Of a stretch of 64,000 nt of DNA, positions 20,854 through 30,187 are shown one piece after another (the first letter of the stretch is position 1; each line of letters opens with the position of its first letter). The notes below the pieces were generated by a model. It saw only the letters and a list, made by a program, of their open reading frames with translations, did not search any database and was not told the origin of the DNA. The DNA lies in the NCBI GenBank assembly GCA_011605725.1, contig JAAOZP010000012.1, positions 1 through 64,000 on the forward strand, in the 5' to 3' direction. The translations under genes were made by a program, and so were the position numbers. The DNA comes from Nitrososphaerota archaeon. GTDB lineage: Archaea; Thermoproteota; EX4484-205; JAAOZP01.

Positions 20854-22320
20854 CTAGATGTCGAAGTAGAGGTAGAACTCGTAGGGATGTGTTCTCGCAG
20901 AGACTTGAACATGCTCGCTTAAACCGTTCTCAATGATCTTCTCCAAGAGCTCGTCTGAGAAAACTGGCTTCAGAAACTCCCTGTCGCTCTTTAAGCATTC
21001 AACAGCCTCCTTAAGGCTTCCCGGTAGCTCCTTTACTCCAAGCTGCCTCCTCCTCTCAGGAGTCAGGTGGTAAATGTTCTCGTCAACAGGGTCGCCGGGG
21101 TCAATCTTTCTCCTTACGCCGTCTAATCCCGCGCTCATTATTGCAGCGAAACACAGGTATGGGTTGCAGGAGGGGTCGGGGGTTCTGAATTCAACCCTCT
21201 TTCTGGCTGCGTTAGCAGCACCCTTCTCGTACACCGGGATCCTTATGTTTGCAGACCTGTTGCCCCTGCTCCACGCTATGAAGACTGGCGCCTCATAGCC
21301 TGGGACAAGCCTCCTGTAGGAGTTGGTCGTAGGGTTAGTTATGGCTGTTAAAGCCCTGCTGTGCTCGAGAAGCCCTCCTACGAAGTATCTTCCAAGCTGG
21401 CTCAGCTCAGCATACTCGTCGTCAGCATCGTAGAAAAGGTTAACGAGCTTCTCTTCCTCAAGCTTCGTCAAAGCCGGGTTTCCTCCCCATAGGCTCACGT
21501 GAACATGCATGCCGCTAGCGTTGTCTCCAAAAACTGGTTTAGGCATCATTGTCGCAACCATGCCCTGCTGGACAGCAACGTTTTTCACAACGTACTTCAG
21601 AGTCATCACGCTGTCAGCCATTTTAACAAGCCTATCCCTAACCATGTCTATCTCGCACTGCCCAGCTGTAGCAACCTCATGGTGATGAGCCTCGCAGACA
21701 ACCCCGAAATAATCCTCCATCAGCCTAACGACAGTGGAGCGGTACTCCATGAGAGTGTCGTGCGGGGGAGTGGGGAAATATCCTTCTTTAAACCTGATCG
21801 GATAGCCCTCGCCTGAGGACCAGGCTGCCTCCGGAGACTCTATAAAGTATGATTGACCCCTGTAAGGATTTAAAACATCCCACGTAACCCTTTTGAAGAC
21901 GAAGAACTCGACCTCGGGCCCCCAGTATGAGGAGAAACCGTGCTCCGACGCGTAGTCCTCAGCCCTCTGCGCGACAAACCTTGGATCCCTGGTAAACCTG
22001 CCGCCACCATAGCCCGCGTAAACATCGCAGAGAAACCTAGCAGTCTTATTCTCAGGGCTCATCCACGGGATTATGGCGAACGTAGAGGGGTCGGGCTTCA
22101 AAACAAAGTCTGAGTCGAATATTTCTGCGAAACCCCTTATGGAGGAGCCGTCGAGCTTAGGAACCCCTTGAGAAAACATGTTTAAGCTAAATCTCACGGC
22201 GGGAATAGTAATATGGTGCAAGCGTCCAGGAAGATCAGTAAACTGGAAGTCGATGAAACGTACTCCTTCATCAGCAATCCTCTTCACAAGGCTTTGGATG
22301 CGCTCACCCTCAGGCGGCAT
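20854..22320 (-). CDS. glnA: Glutamine synthetase type I
   Basis: DGSSIRGF, GPEVEFF, HHHEVATAGQCEI, MPKPVFGDNASGMHVH, NSYRRLVPGYEAP, RVEFRTPDP. Confidence 0.97.
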   Translation of the reverse strand: MPPEGERIQSLVKRIADEGVRFIDFQFTDLPGRLHHITIPAVRFSLNMFSQGVPKLDGSSIRGFAEIFDSDFVLKPDPSTFAIIPWMSPENKTARFLCDVYAGYGGGRFTRDPRFVAQRAEDYASEHGFSSYWGPEVEFFVFKRVTWDVLNPYRGQSYFIESPEAAWSSGEGYPIRFKEGYFPTPPHDTLMEYRSTVVRLMEDYFGVVCEAHHHEVATAGQCEIDMVRDRLVKMADSVMTLKYVVKNVAVQQGMVATMMPKPVFGDNASGMHVHVSLWGGNPALTKLEEEKLVNLFYDADDEYAELSQLGRYFVGGLLEHSRALTAITNPTTNSYRRLVPGYEAPVFIAWSRGNRSANIRIPVYEKGAANAARKRVEFRTPDPSCNPYLCFAAIMSAGLDGVRRKIDPGDPVDENIYHLTPERRRQLGVKELPGSLKEAVECLKSDREFLKPVFSDELLEKIIENGLSEHVQVSARTHPYEFYLYFDI

Positions 22321-22432
22321 AGCTTCAACTGTAAAGAGCACTATATAAATCTTATGTACAATTTTTCAGTAAACACAGCATATAATTGACAAAAATAACA
22401 ATAACCAGTTATAAACTAGACGCTCGTCCACT

Positions 22433-22513
22433 ATGAGGACATGGGGGAGAGAGGAAGGATTCTGATCGGACACGTGGGATTAAGAGCCCGGGTTACAGGG
22501 AGGCACATGCTGA
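22433..22513 (+). ncRNA. Possible C/D-box (K-turn) small RNA
   Basis: C-like ATGAGGA at 22433, CTGA at 22462 and 22510, complementary CATG next to the terminal boxes; box spacing is atypical. Confidence 0.25.
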
Positions 22514-22536
22514 ACAAGCCTGTTTCAACAGTTCTT

Positions 22537-22731
22537 TCACGAACTGCTTCGAACATTTCTTTTCGAAAAATCTTGAGAACGCTTAACCTTCTTCTCAGAA
22601 ATAACTAGGAAAACAGTGAAAAAGCATAGGTAGACGAGTGTCGAGTAAACATCGCTCCCACTAAGCAGACCGGGGAGAACCATGAGCAGCGCAAAACCCA
22701 GGATAAGCCAGAGGATCTCGATCAGTCTCAT
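22537..22731 (-). CDS. Small two-TM hypothetical protein
   Basis: 64 aa with two hydrophobic segments; TATA-like element upstream. Confidence 0.45.
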   Translation of the reverse strand: MRLIEILWLILGFALLMVLPGLLSGSDVYSTLVYLCFFTVFLVISEKKVKRSQDFSKRNVRSSS

Positions 22732-22949
22732 ACTTTAAAGCAGGCTTCGTCAAAAGCTTAAAACATTGCTTTAAGAAAAATGAAGCGTCTAGTCAATTTT
22801 TCAGCACCGCAGCAGGCTAAACTTAAAGACCTAAACCCATTTTTTCCAGGGATAGTCTGTGCGTTATGGAGAATCCGGCGTGTCTAAAAAAGACAAAAAT
22901 TCGAAAAAAGACAATGCTTTAGCGCGCTAGCTTAAAAGCCGAAACCAGG

Positions 22950-23780
22950 CTAATCCTTCTCCTCCCCACCCTTACCCGAGGACTCGCCAAGCATCTTCTC
23001 AAGCTCCCTCTTAGTCTCCTCCTGCAGCCTCTTAATATCCTCAAGCTTCTCCTTAACCTTCATCAGCCAGTCCTTACTTGCCTCAATACCCTTATGGGCG
23101 AAGAAAGCAATACCCTCATTCCTACTCTTGAAAATACCTGCTTCAACAAGCGCATCAATCAGATCCAAGTCTACACGGGGAAGCCTGACGGAAGAAACAA
23201 TCATCGACGCGCCGCTGAAAGCCTTCGAAAGAGACTCTTCAATAAGCTTACCAATATCGGGAAGCTTAACGTCAGTAAGCTTGGCGACAGCAAGCTTAGG
23301 AGCCTCTGAAACACCTAAGCCAAGGGCATAAACCTCCTTCTTAGCGGTCTTCTTCAACTCCCTAATCCTATCCCTAATCTCATCCTCAACATCCTCAACC
23401 ATATCTAGAAACTCCTCCAATTTATCCTCAGCCTCGTCAAACCTATCCTCGAAAAACCCGCGGAGATCGTTGAAAGCCTCCCTCAACTCATCCCGGCGAC
23501 CAGGCTCAGCCAAAGAAGCATCCCTCAACCTGTCTCTGAAAACCCTCAACTCCCTAACCAGCCTACCCCTAGTTTCAGCAAGCTCCCGCCTAGCCTCACT
23601 CCTCAAACCCTTAACCTCCTTCAAAAACTCCCAGAGCCCTGGAGTAGCCTCCTCCAAACCAGCTTTACGCTGAATCTCGGAAACCCTTGAAGAATGCGTT
23701 TCAACAAGATCTAGAAACCTTTTGATAGAGTCCTCAACCTCACGCCGCAACCGCTCAAACTCGGCTTCGAACCCAGACAT
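22950..23780 (-). CDS. Coiled-coil protein with C-terminal ribbon-helix-helix-like domain
   Basis: Long E/R/K-rich helices; VSSVRLPRVDLDLIDALVEAGIFKSRNEGIAFF is CopG/RHH-like; AAGGAGGTGG RBS. Confidence 0.6.
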   Translation of the reverse strand: MSGFEAEFERLRREVEDSIKRFLDLVETHSSRVSEIQRKAGLEEATPGLWEFLKEVKGLRSEARRELAETRGRLVRELRVFRDRLRDASLAEPGRRDELREAFNDLRGFFEDRFDEAEDKLEEFLDMVEDVEDEIRDRIRELKKTAKKEVYALGLGVSEAPKLAVAKLTDVKLPDIGKLIEESLSKAFSGASMIVSSVRLPRVDLDLIDALVEAGIFKSRNEGIAFFAHKGIEASKDWLMKVKEKLEDIKRLQEETKRELEKMLGESSGKGGEEKD

Positions 23781-24045
23781 TATACTCTCCACCTCCTTAT
23801 CAATTGTATCAATACGTTACACTTGACGGTATAATTTTAATTTTTCGGTCTATGAGAAACGCTTCTTCACCCAGTTTAAACATGGATTACCGCGTATCCG
23901 TAGGGTTTGTAGTACGGGTAGAGGGGTTCCATTCTTCCCTGCCTGTTCTTCACAGCATCCTAGTAGTATATGCTGCCCATGATTTTTCCTGGGGGTGTTC
24001 CTCATACTTTTTCCCTCTTCCTAGCGCGCGTTAGAAGAAAAGTTT

Positions 24046-24068
24046 ATTACTACCAAATAGGTAGTAAT
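24046..24068. promoter_or_regulatory. Inverted-repeat operator overlapping the TATA box of the vapBC operon
   Basis: ATTACTACC-aaata-GGTAGTAAT, perfect 9-bp arms. Confidence 0.65.
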
Positions 24069-24083
24069 TCAATGGTGGTCATC

Positions 24084-24314
24084 ATGGGTAGCTATATAAC
24101 GGTTTCCACGAAAGTTAAGAAAGAAGTCGTGGAGAAAGCTCGGAGACTAGGAGTGAACATCTCCGAGGTTTTAAGAAGGACCCTTGAGGAGGAGGTGAGG
24201 AGGAGGGAGCTGGAGCATTTGGGGAATAGGCTGAACGAGCTGGACAGCGTCCTTGAAAAAATCGATGTGAAGGAAATTGTGAGGCTGATAAGGGAGGACA
24301 GGGAGAGCAGGTGA
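24084..24314 (+). CDS. Antitoxin (CcdA/VapB-like)
   Basis: ITVSTKVKKEVVEKARRLGVNISEVLRRTLEEEV...IREDRE; directly upstream of a PIN toxin. Confidence 0.85.
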   Translation: MGSYITVSTKVKKEVVEKARRLGVNISEVLRRTLEEEVRRRELEHLGNRLNELDSVLEKIDVKEIVRLIREDRESR

Positions 24315-24320
24315 ATATTC

Positions 24321-24719
24321 TTGCCATACTTGTTCGACTCCTCCTCCCTGGTCTACGCTGTGAGGCTTAAGAGGATAGGTGTCTTAGCCGGGGGCTGCAT
24401 CCAGGGGTTAACGGTATATGAGGTGTTAAACGCCCTGTGGAGAGAAACTTATGTTTTAAGAAAAATGAGTAGAAAAGAGGCGGAGAGCCTGCTGGACGTG
24501 TTCATTCGACTATTAAGTTATCTAAAGATGCTTGACCCAAGGGGTTTAGAAAGCGAGGTGTTTAAGATAGCTGTTGAAACTGGTTTAACTGTGTACGATG
24601 CATCGTATCTTGCCTTAGCACATAGGGAGAAGCTTACTCTGGTTACGGAAGATGTTAAGCTGAGAAATGTAGCAAGCAGGATGATACGGGCAGTGAGCTT
24701 GGATGAGTTAACAGCATAA
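24321..24719 (+). CDS. vapC: VapC PIN-domain toxin
   Basis: YLFDSS, YEVLNA, TVYDASY, LVTED. Confidence 0.9.
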   Translation: MPYLFDSSSLVYAVRLKRIGVLAGGCIQGLTVYEVLNALWRETYVLRKMSRKEAESLLDVFIRLLSYLKMLDPRGLESEVFKIAVETGLTVYDASYLALAHREKLTLVTEDVKLRNVASRMIRAVSLDELTA

Positions 24720-24789
24720 ACCCATGTTTTTAACTTCAATCATTAGCGCGCGCTTTAAAAGTTTAAATACTGGTACGTAGCTATTGGTT

Positions 24790-25119
24790 ATGCCAAAATT
24801 TGTAGCTGTCCACAAATGGACAAGAGAGACGAATATCGCATGCATCAAAGAGCTAATAATAGGCTTTACAGCCATGCTTAAGGGAGAGGCTCCTAAAGAC
24901 ATAATACTGCACTACACTTGGTCAAGGTTAGACGATCCCTATGGAGTCTTCTGCTGCTGGGAGGCGCCGAGCAAAGAAGCTCTGGTTAAGCTGTTCGAAA
25001 AATACTTGCCTACACTGTTGAAATACACTGAGTTTGTGCCAGTTTTACAGATGTATCCGCCAACCGTAGAGTACGAACTTAGCTTATTGCAAGCGATACG
25101 CGACATGTCTTCGAAGTAG
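24790..25119 (+). CDS. Small hypothetical protein (dimeric alpha/beta barrel-like)
   Basis: Intact ORF with own TATA box (TTTAAATA) and T-rich terminator; VFCCWEAPSKEAL motif. Confidence 0.6.
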   Translation: MPKFVAVHKWTRETNIACIKELIIGFTAMLKGEAPKDIILHYTWSRLDDPYGVFCCWEAPSKEALVKLFEKYLPTLLKYTEFVPVLQMYPPTVEYELSLLQAIRDMSSK

Positions 25120-25271
25120 GCTTCAGGCTTAAGACTAAGCCACCCTTTTTTTATATTGGACTTAAAAGTTCAGATGGAGCATGCGCGCGCTTTTAATGAC
25201 TATCCTACTACTTCTGCGACTGGAGCAGCCCCGGAAACATCTACTACCTCGACTTAACATTAGCGCGCGCT

Positions 25272-25378
25272 CGAAATTGCAAGGGAGAATAATTCTAGAC
25301 GTTGGATATGGAACGGGACGATGGACATTTTGTTTAGATTCTAAAGGTTACGTAGCTATTGAATCAATTTTACACTTA
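25272..25378 (+). pseudogene. Internal fragment of a class I SAM-dependent methyltransferase
   Basis: IILDVGYGTGRW (motif I), bracketed by TAGCGCGCGCT and AAGCGCGCGCA. Confidence 0.6.
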
Positions 25379-25574
25379 AAGCGCGCGCACTAGGAACGTT
25401 AGATTTTGAGAGAACGCGCGCGATGTGGCATGTATCAGCAGGAGGATCGTAGGGGCATAGTCTGTACTTTTTATAATTGTAGCCGCCCTAATGTTAAGGT
25501 TTTTAGCACACTGGAAGGCGTAGACTGGGAAAGGAAGATAAGGCTTAAATCCTCTTTACCTGTTTACTTCTCTA

Positions 25575-25880
25575 GTGGTATACTTGAAGAAGGTCAGTCT
25601 TTATATAGATGAGGAATTGTGGATGAATTTCAAGGAGAACGTTTTAAGGAAGCACGGGACCCTGAGAAAGTTGAGCAGCGAGGTCGAGGAATCGCTTCGA
25701 CACTCGCTTGTCTGCGAAGAGCTGTTACTCGGGTCTTTTAAGAAAATTGGGATCAATAGTGATGTTTCAGTTACTTCTGAGAAGATAAAGCGAAACAGGC
25801 CTAGGCTTCGAGGACCACCTTCTGAAATACTCATCCGGGAAATGAGGCGCGTGCTGAAAGCAAGATTAAAGAATTGTTAG
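25575..25880 (+). CDS. Orphan RHH-type antitoxin; cognate toxin apparently lost
   Basis: KKVSLYIDEELWMNFK...LSSEVEE and C-terminal SEILIREMR typical of archaeal VapB; GGCGCGTGCT follows immediately. Confidence 0.6.
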   Translation: MVYLKKVSLYIDEELWMNFKENVLRKHGTLRKLSSEVEESLRHSLVCEELLLGSFKKIGINSDVSVTSEKIKRNRPRLRGPPSEILIREMRRVLKARLKNC

Positions 25881-26025
25881 AAAAATAGCGCTGCTGAAAG
25901 TTTAGAACCCATAGGGAAACAATATACGACGGGTTACTAGACTTGGGATGAATTTTAAAAGAATATTCAGAAGCTTAATTCATAAAGTGCCCTTTTGGTC
26001 TACGCGTGCAGGATCCTGGATTGTC

Positions 26026-26457
26026 TTAACGACTTTCTTCTGGTTTATCTCGAAGCCGTAGCACGCGCTTTGATATCTCATAGTCTTGGATTTCTGATGC
26101 TGATTGCGATATTAGTCTACTATGTAACTCTTTACTTCTCATAATCACGGGTTTGCCCTCCATTAGTATTTTTAGTCTCAGCTTAGGATTTAGATCCTGC
26201 AGTTGTGCCAGATCCACCTGAAAACCCAGTTCTAATTCTATTTCAGCCCCTAACTCTAAGAATTCCTCAAGCGTCAATGAAGGCACAGAGTAAACAGCTA
26301 TATCTATGTCCCTGAAAGCATTTCTCCTTATAAAACTTCCAAAAACATATGCTAGCTTAATTTCACCCTTCTTTTCGAGGATTTCTTCAAGCTTCTGTAA
26401 TGCTTCTGCTTTACCTTCCTCGCTCAACCTGTAATACTTAACTTTATCGTAATTCAT
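26026..26457 (-). CDS. Minimal nucleotidyltransferase (MNT) antitoxin
   Basis: AYVFGS...DIDIAV, VDL. Confidence 0.88.
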   Translation of the reverse strand: MNYDKVKYYRLSEEGKAEALQKLEEILEKKGEIKLAYVFGSFIRRNAFRDIDIAVYSVPSLTLEEFLELGAEIELELGFQVDLAQLQDLNPKLRLKILMEGKPVIMRSKELHSRLISQSASEIQDYEISKRVLRLRDKPEESR

Positions 26458-26857
26458 ACTCGCTCTCCACGGCCCTCAGAAAATCCTTAATCCGTTGAAA
26501 ATCCTTCTTAGCAGACTCGTAGATTCTACGATCATCTATCACCCAATATCTATGAATAAGCAGGTTTCTTAATCCTATGATTTTGATGATATCCTCAGCC
26601 TGAGTTGTAATCCCGGATTTCTCTAAATATCTGACGCAGTCTCTATAGGATTCCGGCTCATAATTGAGGCCTTCCATGGTAATATGTAAACAGGCACTAC
26701 CAATAGCTTCAATCAGAACTATTATCTGATACCTTAAAGAATATTTCTCATCATTCGTTAAATTTTCATAGGGCTTTGAAACTATCCTCTCTATCTCTTT
26801 AATGCATTCTCGCGCTTCATCAATTCTACTTCTTAAGTAGGCTTTATTAATGACCAA
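26444..26857 (-). CDS. HEPN (DUF86) ribonuclease toxin
   Basis: RNLLIHRY (R-x4-H-x-Y); overlaps the MNT gene. Confidence 0.88.
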   Translation of the reverse strand: MVINKAYLRSRIDEARECIKEIERIVSKPYENLTNDEKYSLRYQIIVLIEAIGSACLHITMEGLNYEPESYRDCVRYLEKSGITTQAEDIIKIIGLRNLLIHRYWVIDDRRIYESAKKDFQRIKDFLRAVESEYELR

Positions 26858-27143
26858 GACTCCACTCCATTAAGTGCAGCCAACTCGTATATAACTCTTA
26901 TAACGCGCGCTTTCAAAGCCTGCTTTCGAATTAACCTTGACTAAAGCCAAGATAAAGGATAAAAACCATTGCGCGCTTACGCGCGCGGAAGATAACGACT
27001 TCGGCTATGAGCGTCCTCAGACATTTCATAACGGTTTCAATTTAGAGAATTTCGGCCGTAGCGCGCTGGATTCTCACAAATCATGAATCGACTGGAGATT
27101 TGAAGCAATTACTTACATGCTCTTAGATCCTGGAGTATCTGAT

Positions 27144-27908
27144 TTATCTCATGTAGGAAGCTATGAGCGTTATCCCCCTCTTCTTTGCTTCCTGCTCTGC
27201 CGAAGGGTGTACGTAGTAACCAAACATCAGCTTATACACGTTATTGGGAACAGTTCTCTTCACCTTTTCGGCTAATTCATCGAAGCCTTCCACATCGCTC
27301 GAATATATTCTGGATCTAGTTTCTCCCAGAATGATTATCTTCGCGCCTCCTCTGTTGCCCTCTCCGTACAGGTTAATCTCCAATTCCTCATTGTTGACCT
27401 TAATGAACTTTCTAGTTAAATTCTCCAATTCTATGCCCTCATGCCTGTAGAGCCATCCAGGTACAACAACCCTAGCTATGTCTTCGAGCCCGAATCCGAT
27501 TGTGTCCGATAGCCTGCCGACATGCCTGGAGAGTTCCTGTAGGGCTCCTTCAGTCCTCGCTTGGGCCTCAGCAAGCTTCTCAACAGCGTGCTCTAAACTA
27601 TCATGCCTCTCAGCAAGCTTCTGAACAGCACGATCTAAACTATCATGTCTTTCAGCAAGCTTCTGAACAACACGCTCAAGGCCATCATGCCTCTCAGCGA
27701 GCTTCTGAATAGCGCGCTCCAGGCTACCATGTCTCTCAGCAAGCTTCTGTATGGCCTCAGTAAGTCTAGCCTGCCCCTCTTCAAGTCTAGCCTGTCCGCT
27801 CCTAAGATCCTCAATGCCGAGTAAACCCACCACGGCATAGCGGAACTCCTCATCCTCCTTCAGCAATGTGAGCATCTTACGCTTGAAGTCGGCTGTAGTC
27901 CTAGCCAT
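27144..27908 (-). CDS. Archaeal coiled-coil repeat protein with C-terminal PD-(D/E)XK-like domain (DUF3782-like architecture)
   Basis: LLKEDEEFRYAVVGLLG N-terminus, heptad repeats, IGFGLED, ELEINLYG...GETRSR. Confidence 0.75.
   Translation of the reverse strand: MARTTADFKRKMLTLLKEDEEFRYAVVGLLGIEDLRSGQARLEEGQARLTEAIQKLAERHGSLERAIQKLAERHDGLERVVQKLAERHDSLDRAVQKLAERHDSLEHAVEKLAEAQARTEGALQELSRHVGRLSDTIGFGLEDIARVVVPGWLYRHEGIELENLTRKFIKVNNEELEINLYGEGNRGGAKIIILGETRSRIYSSDVEGFDELAEKVKRTVPNNVYKLMFGYYVHPSAEQEAKKRGITLIASYMR
27567..27797. repeat. Intragenic tandem repeats: about 4.5 x 42 bp plus about 2 x 21 bp
   Basis: Units begin at about 27567, 27609, 27651, 27693 and 27735 (QKLAERHDSLxxAV); GQARLEE/GQARLTE at 27762-27797. 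Confidence 0.9.
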
Positions 27909-28335
27909 TATACTACCAGTTAATTCCGGTTGGAATGCGGCTTATTAAATTTACGGATTACTGGAAACGCGGCTTAAGACATTCAACTGCGTTCGCGGTA
28001 CGCACTCAAGCGAAAGAATCTCTAGTGTCTCTCATCGAGAACTACTTTGCCGATATAGATTGGAATATACGTGCGCTGCTGTGTGATACAACTCTCGCAA
28101 TATTTCTGAATAAAAGATTTTCTACATTTCCACCATTTGACATGGGTGCTTAAAAATGCTTGATTAGAATCATATTTAGATGGAGGTTGTCCAACAAGCA
28201 TGGAAAAACCTTATTTTCAGCCTTCACCCATATTTTCCAGCTATGGTTAGGCTTGTTCCAACCCTAGCGCGCGCTTCGTAACAGTTGAGCATCCCTTTGA
28301 ACCACGGTTTTTCTTCCATTGACAGTACGCGCGCT

Positions 28336-28407
28336 TAAGAGATGGTTGAACTCGTATTTGATTTGTCCTCTGGTTACTGGTATTCTAGGCATGTTTGTGT
28401 TGAACGC
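28336..28407 (-). pseudogene. About 70-bp fragment of the pyrimidine-dimer glycosylase gene
   Basis: Near-identical to about 30311-30381 (PRIPVTRGQIKxEFNHLL); flanked on both sides by GCGCGC-type motifs. Confidence 0.85.
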
Positions 28408-28418
28408 TAGCACGCGCT

Positions 28419-28506
28419 GGGCTTCCCCACTTTTAAAGAGCTTGTCTAAAGTTGAAAGCTCTTCTCTTCGATCCACAAATCTTACAATCATGATTGTAAG
28501 AATCAT
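28419..28506 (-). pseudogene. N-terminal fragment of an archaeal ATPase-family gene
   Basis: RFVDRREELSTLDKLFKSGEAQ; second partial copy at about 30699-30745; 22-bp palindrome at 28480-28501 at the gene start. Confidence 0.7.
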
Positions 28507-28939
28507 GAATCTACAATATACAAACGTTGCTAAAGACTTGCTGCAGCACGAAAAAACACATGATTCCGATCCGGTTTCTTAACCTTTAAAAAAATGTCAT
28601 GATCCGCGCGCTTTCTTTCTGCTTACTTAAAATCCTCTTTAAACATGCAGGCGGAAAGTATTTCACCCGTAGCAGAGTCTGCGAAGATGTCTACGGCAAG
28701 GGCCATTATACGCTCCTCTCCAGGGTTAAGCAAGAGTATTGCCCTTACGCCTCCTACAGGCTTCCCCCCTGTCTTTCACTTCATCTATATCAATATTGTT
28801 TCTAAAGTCTGTGCCCTCGAGAAATATGTCTCCTATTCTAATGAACACCTTCTTAACCCTATTATCAACCCCTATCGGAATCCTGCCCTCAAACTTTTCC
28901 ATAGCTTTTGCCTTCGACACCGGGATTTCGTCTTCTAAA

Positions 28940-29610
28940 AACTTTCTTACTATGTTTCCGGGAATTTTGTTTTCACTCGATTTATCCATGAGAACGTCAT
29001 TATTCGACACATCATTTTCCTCGATAACGTTTTTCGAAGACTGGCGGAAGCAGACACCGGAATACCGATTATCTATTATCCTGTTTCTAGAAACAGTGTT
29101 GTTTAAAGATTTAAAAAAGTAAAGACCATGGCCGTTTTTAACACCGCTGTTTTCAGAAACCACATTATCTGAAGAATAATATAGGTCAACGCCATCGGCC
29201 GTATAGGCAATATGGTTCTTGAAAATCCAATTATTATTACTTTTCCACAGATAGATGCCACAGTAATTATTCTCGCTAATCTCGTTATCAGAAACAACAA
29301 TGTTTGAAGAATTGCTAATAAAACACCGAAGTCGAAATTTTTTATCTTCAGATCCCTAATCGTAACGTTCCTAACCTCTCGCAGGCGGAGTCCGAATCCT
29401 GCGTCCCCAGCCTTCTGATCCCCCTTACCCAGTAACGAATATCCGTTTCCATCTATCACCACATCGCTTTCTTGAATAGTGATCTTGCCGTGAATATCCT
29501 CAGTAAAAGTATAGGTGTTTCCAATTCTTTTCACGGGTATTGTTGACTCAAGTAAATCTCTAATCTTACCACCTTTAACATAAAACGTCGTTTTTTCATC
29601 CCGCCCAGCC
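28940..29610 (-). pseudogene. NosD/right-handed parallel beta-helix protein, frameshifted and truncated
   Basis: TYTFTEDIHGKITI..VVIDGNGYSL, NVTIRDLKIKNFDFGV, then Asn-rich repeats (SNIVVSDNEISEN, NNTVSRNRIIDN) in a second frame. Confidence 0.7.
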
Positions 29611-29619
29611 TTCTCAAAT

Positions 29620-29942
29620 AAGAGAAGGGCGGAGGAAGGCTTAGAGGAGAAGATAACTCCCACGATCTGCTTAGCCGAGGTCTATGCGAAAACCATCAAG
29701 GTGGAAAGCGAAAAGCTTGCTGAAAAACAAAGGAGGTTCATCAAGGAAAGAAGCATCATCCTTCACTGGATGAAGCGATCGCTATTGAATCCGCTAGGCT
29801 AGATGTGGTTATGAAGAAGAAGGCTAAGGGCTGGAGGCTAGCTGACTCAATAGTCTATTCAACAGGATTAGTTAAGAAGGCTAGGATAGTGACTGGTGAT
29901 GAACACTTCAAAAACCTGGAAAACGCGCTTTTTATCGGATGA
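29620..29942 (+). pseudogene. VapC PIN toxin remnant (5' end missing, frameshift near 29765)
   Basis: Own translation: TPTICLAEVY.../LDEAIAIESA...WRLADSIVYSTG...IVTGDEHFKNLENALFIG*. Confidence 0.7.
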
Positions 29943-29970
29943 ACATTGCTAAACAGAAGTAGCGCGCGCT

Positions 29971-30087
29971 ATTATTTATACACTCGACATGGAGCGTTTC
30001 GGCAAAATAAACTGGATAAAGGCGGTTAACCCTATTCCGGAGGATAAAATAAGGGAGCTACGCGTCTTCTTAAAGGGAAGCGTATAA
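29971..30087 (+). pseudogene. C-terminal fragment of a probable PIN-domain gene
   Basis: IIYTLDMERFGKINWIKAVNPIP...*; begins exactly at the TAGCGCGCGCTA palindrome (29960-29971). Confidence 0.45.
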
Positions 30088-30187
30088 ACAATACCGGCGT
30101 CTAGGCTACGCTTTCACGGCTAGGCTGGTAACGCAGGAGGAGATGGGTGTTGTAGCCGGGGTTAGCCTCCTGCACAGCGTGCGCTAG

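Noticed and set aside
27711-27718. GCGCGC inside intact genes (also near 49456 and 63433)
   Set aside because: In-frame coding sequence with no break in the protein; treated as chance occurrences.
28645-28935. Possible Ldh_2-family dehydrogenase remnant on the minus strand
   Set aside because: Only a faint resemblance (IPIG, MALAVDIF); too degraded to call.
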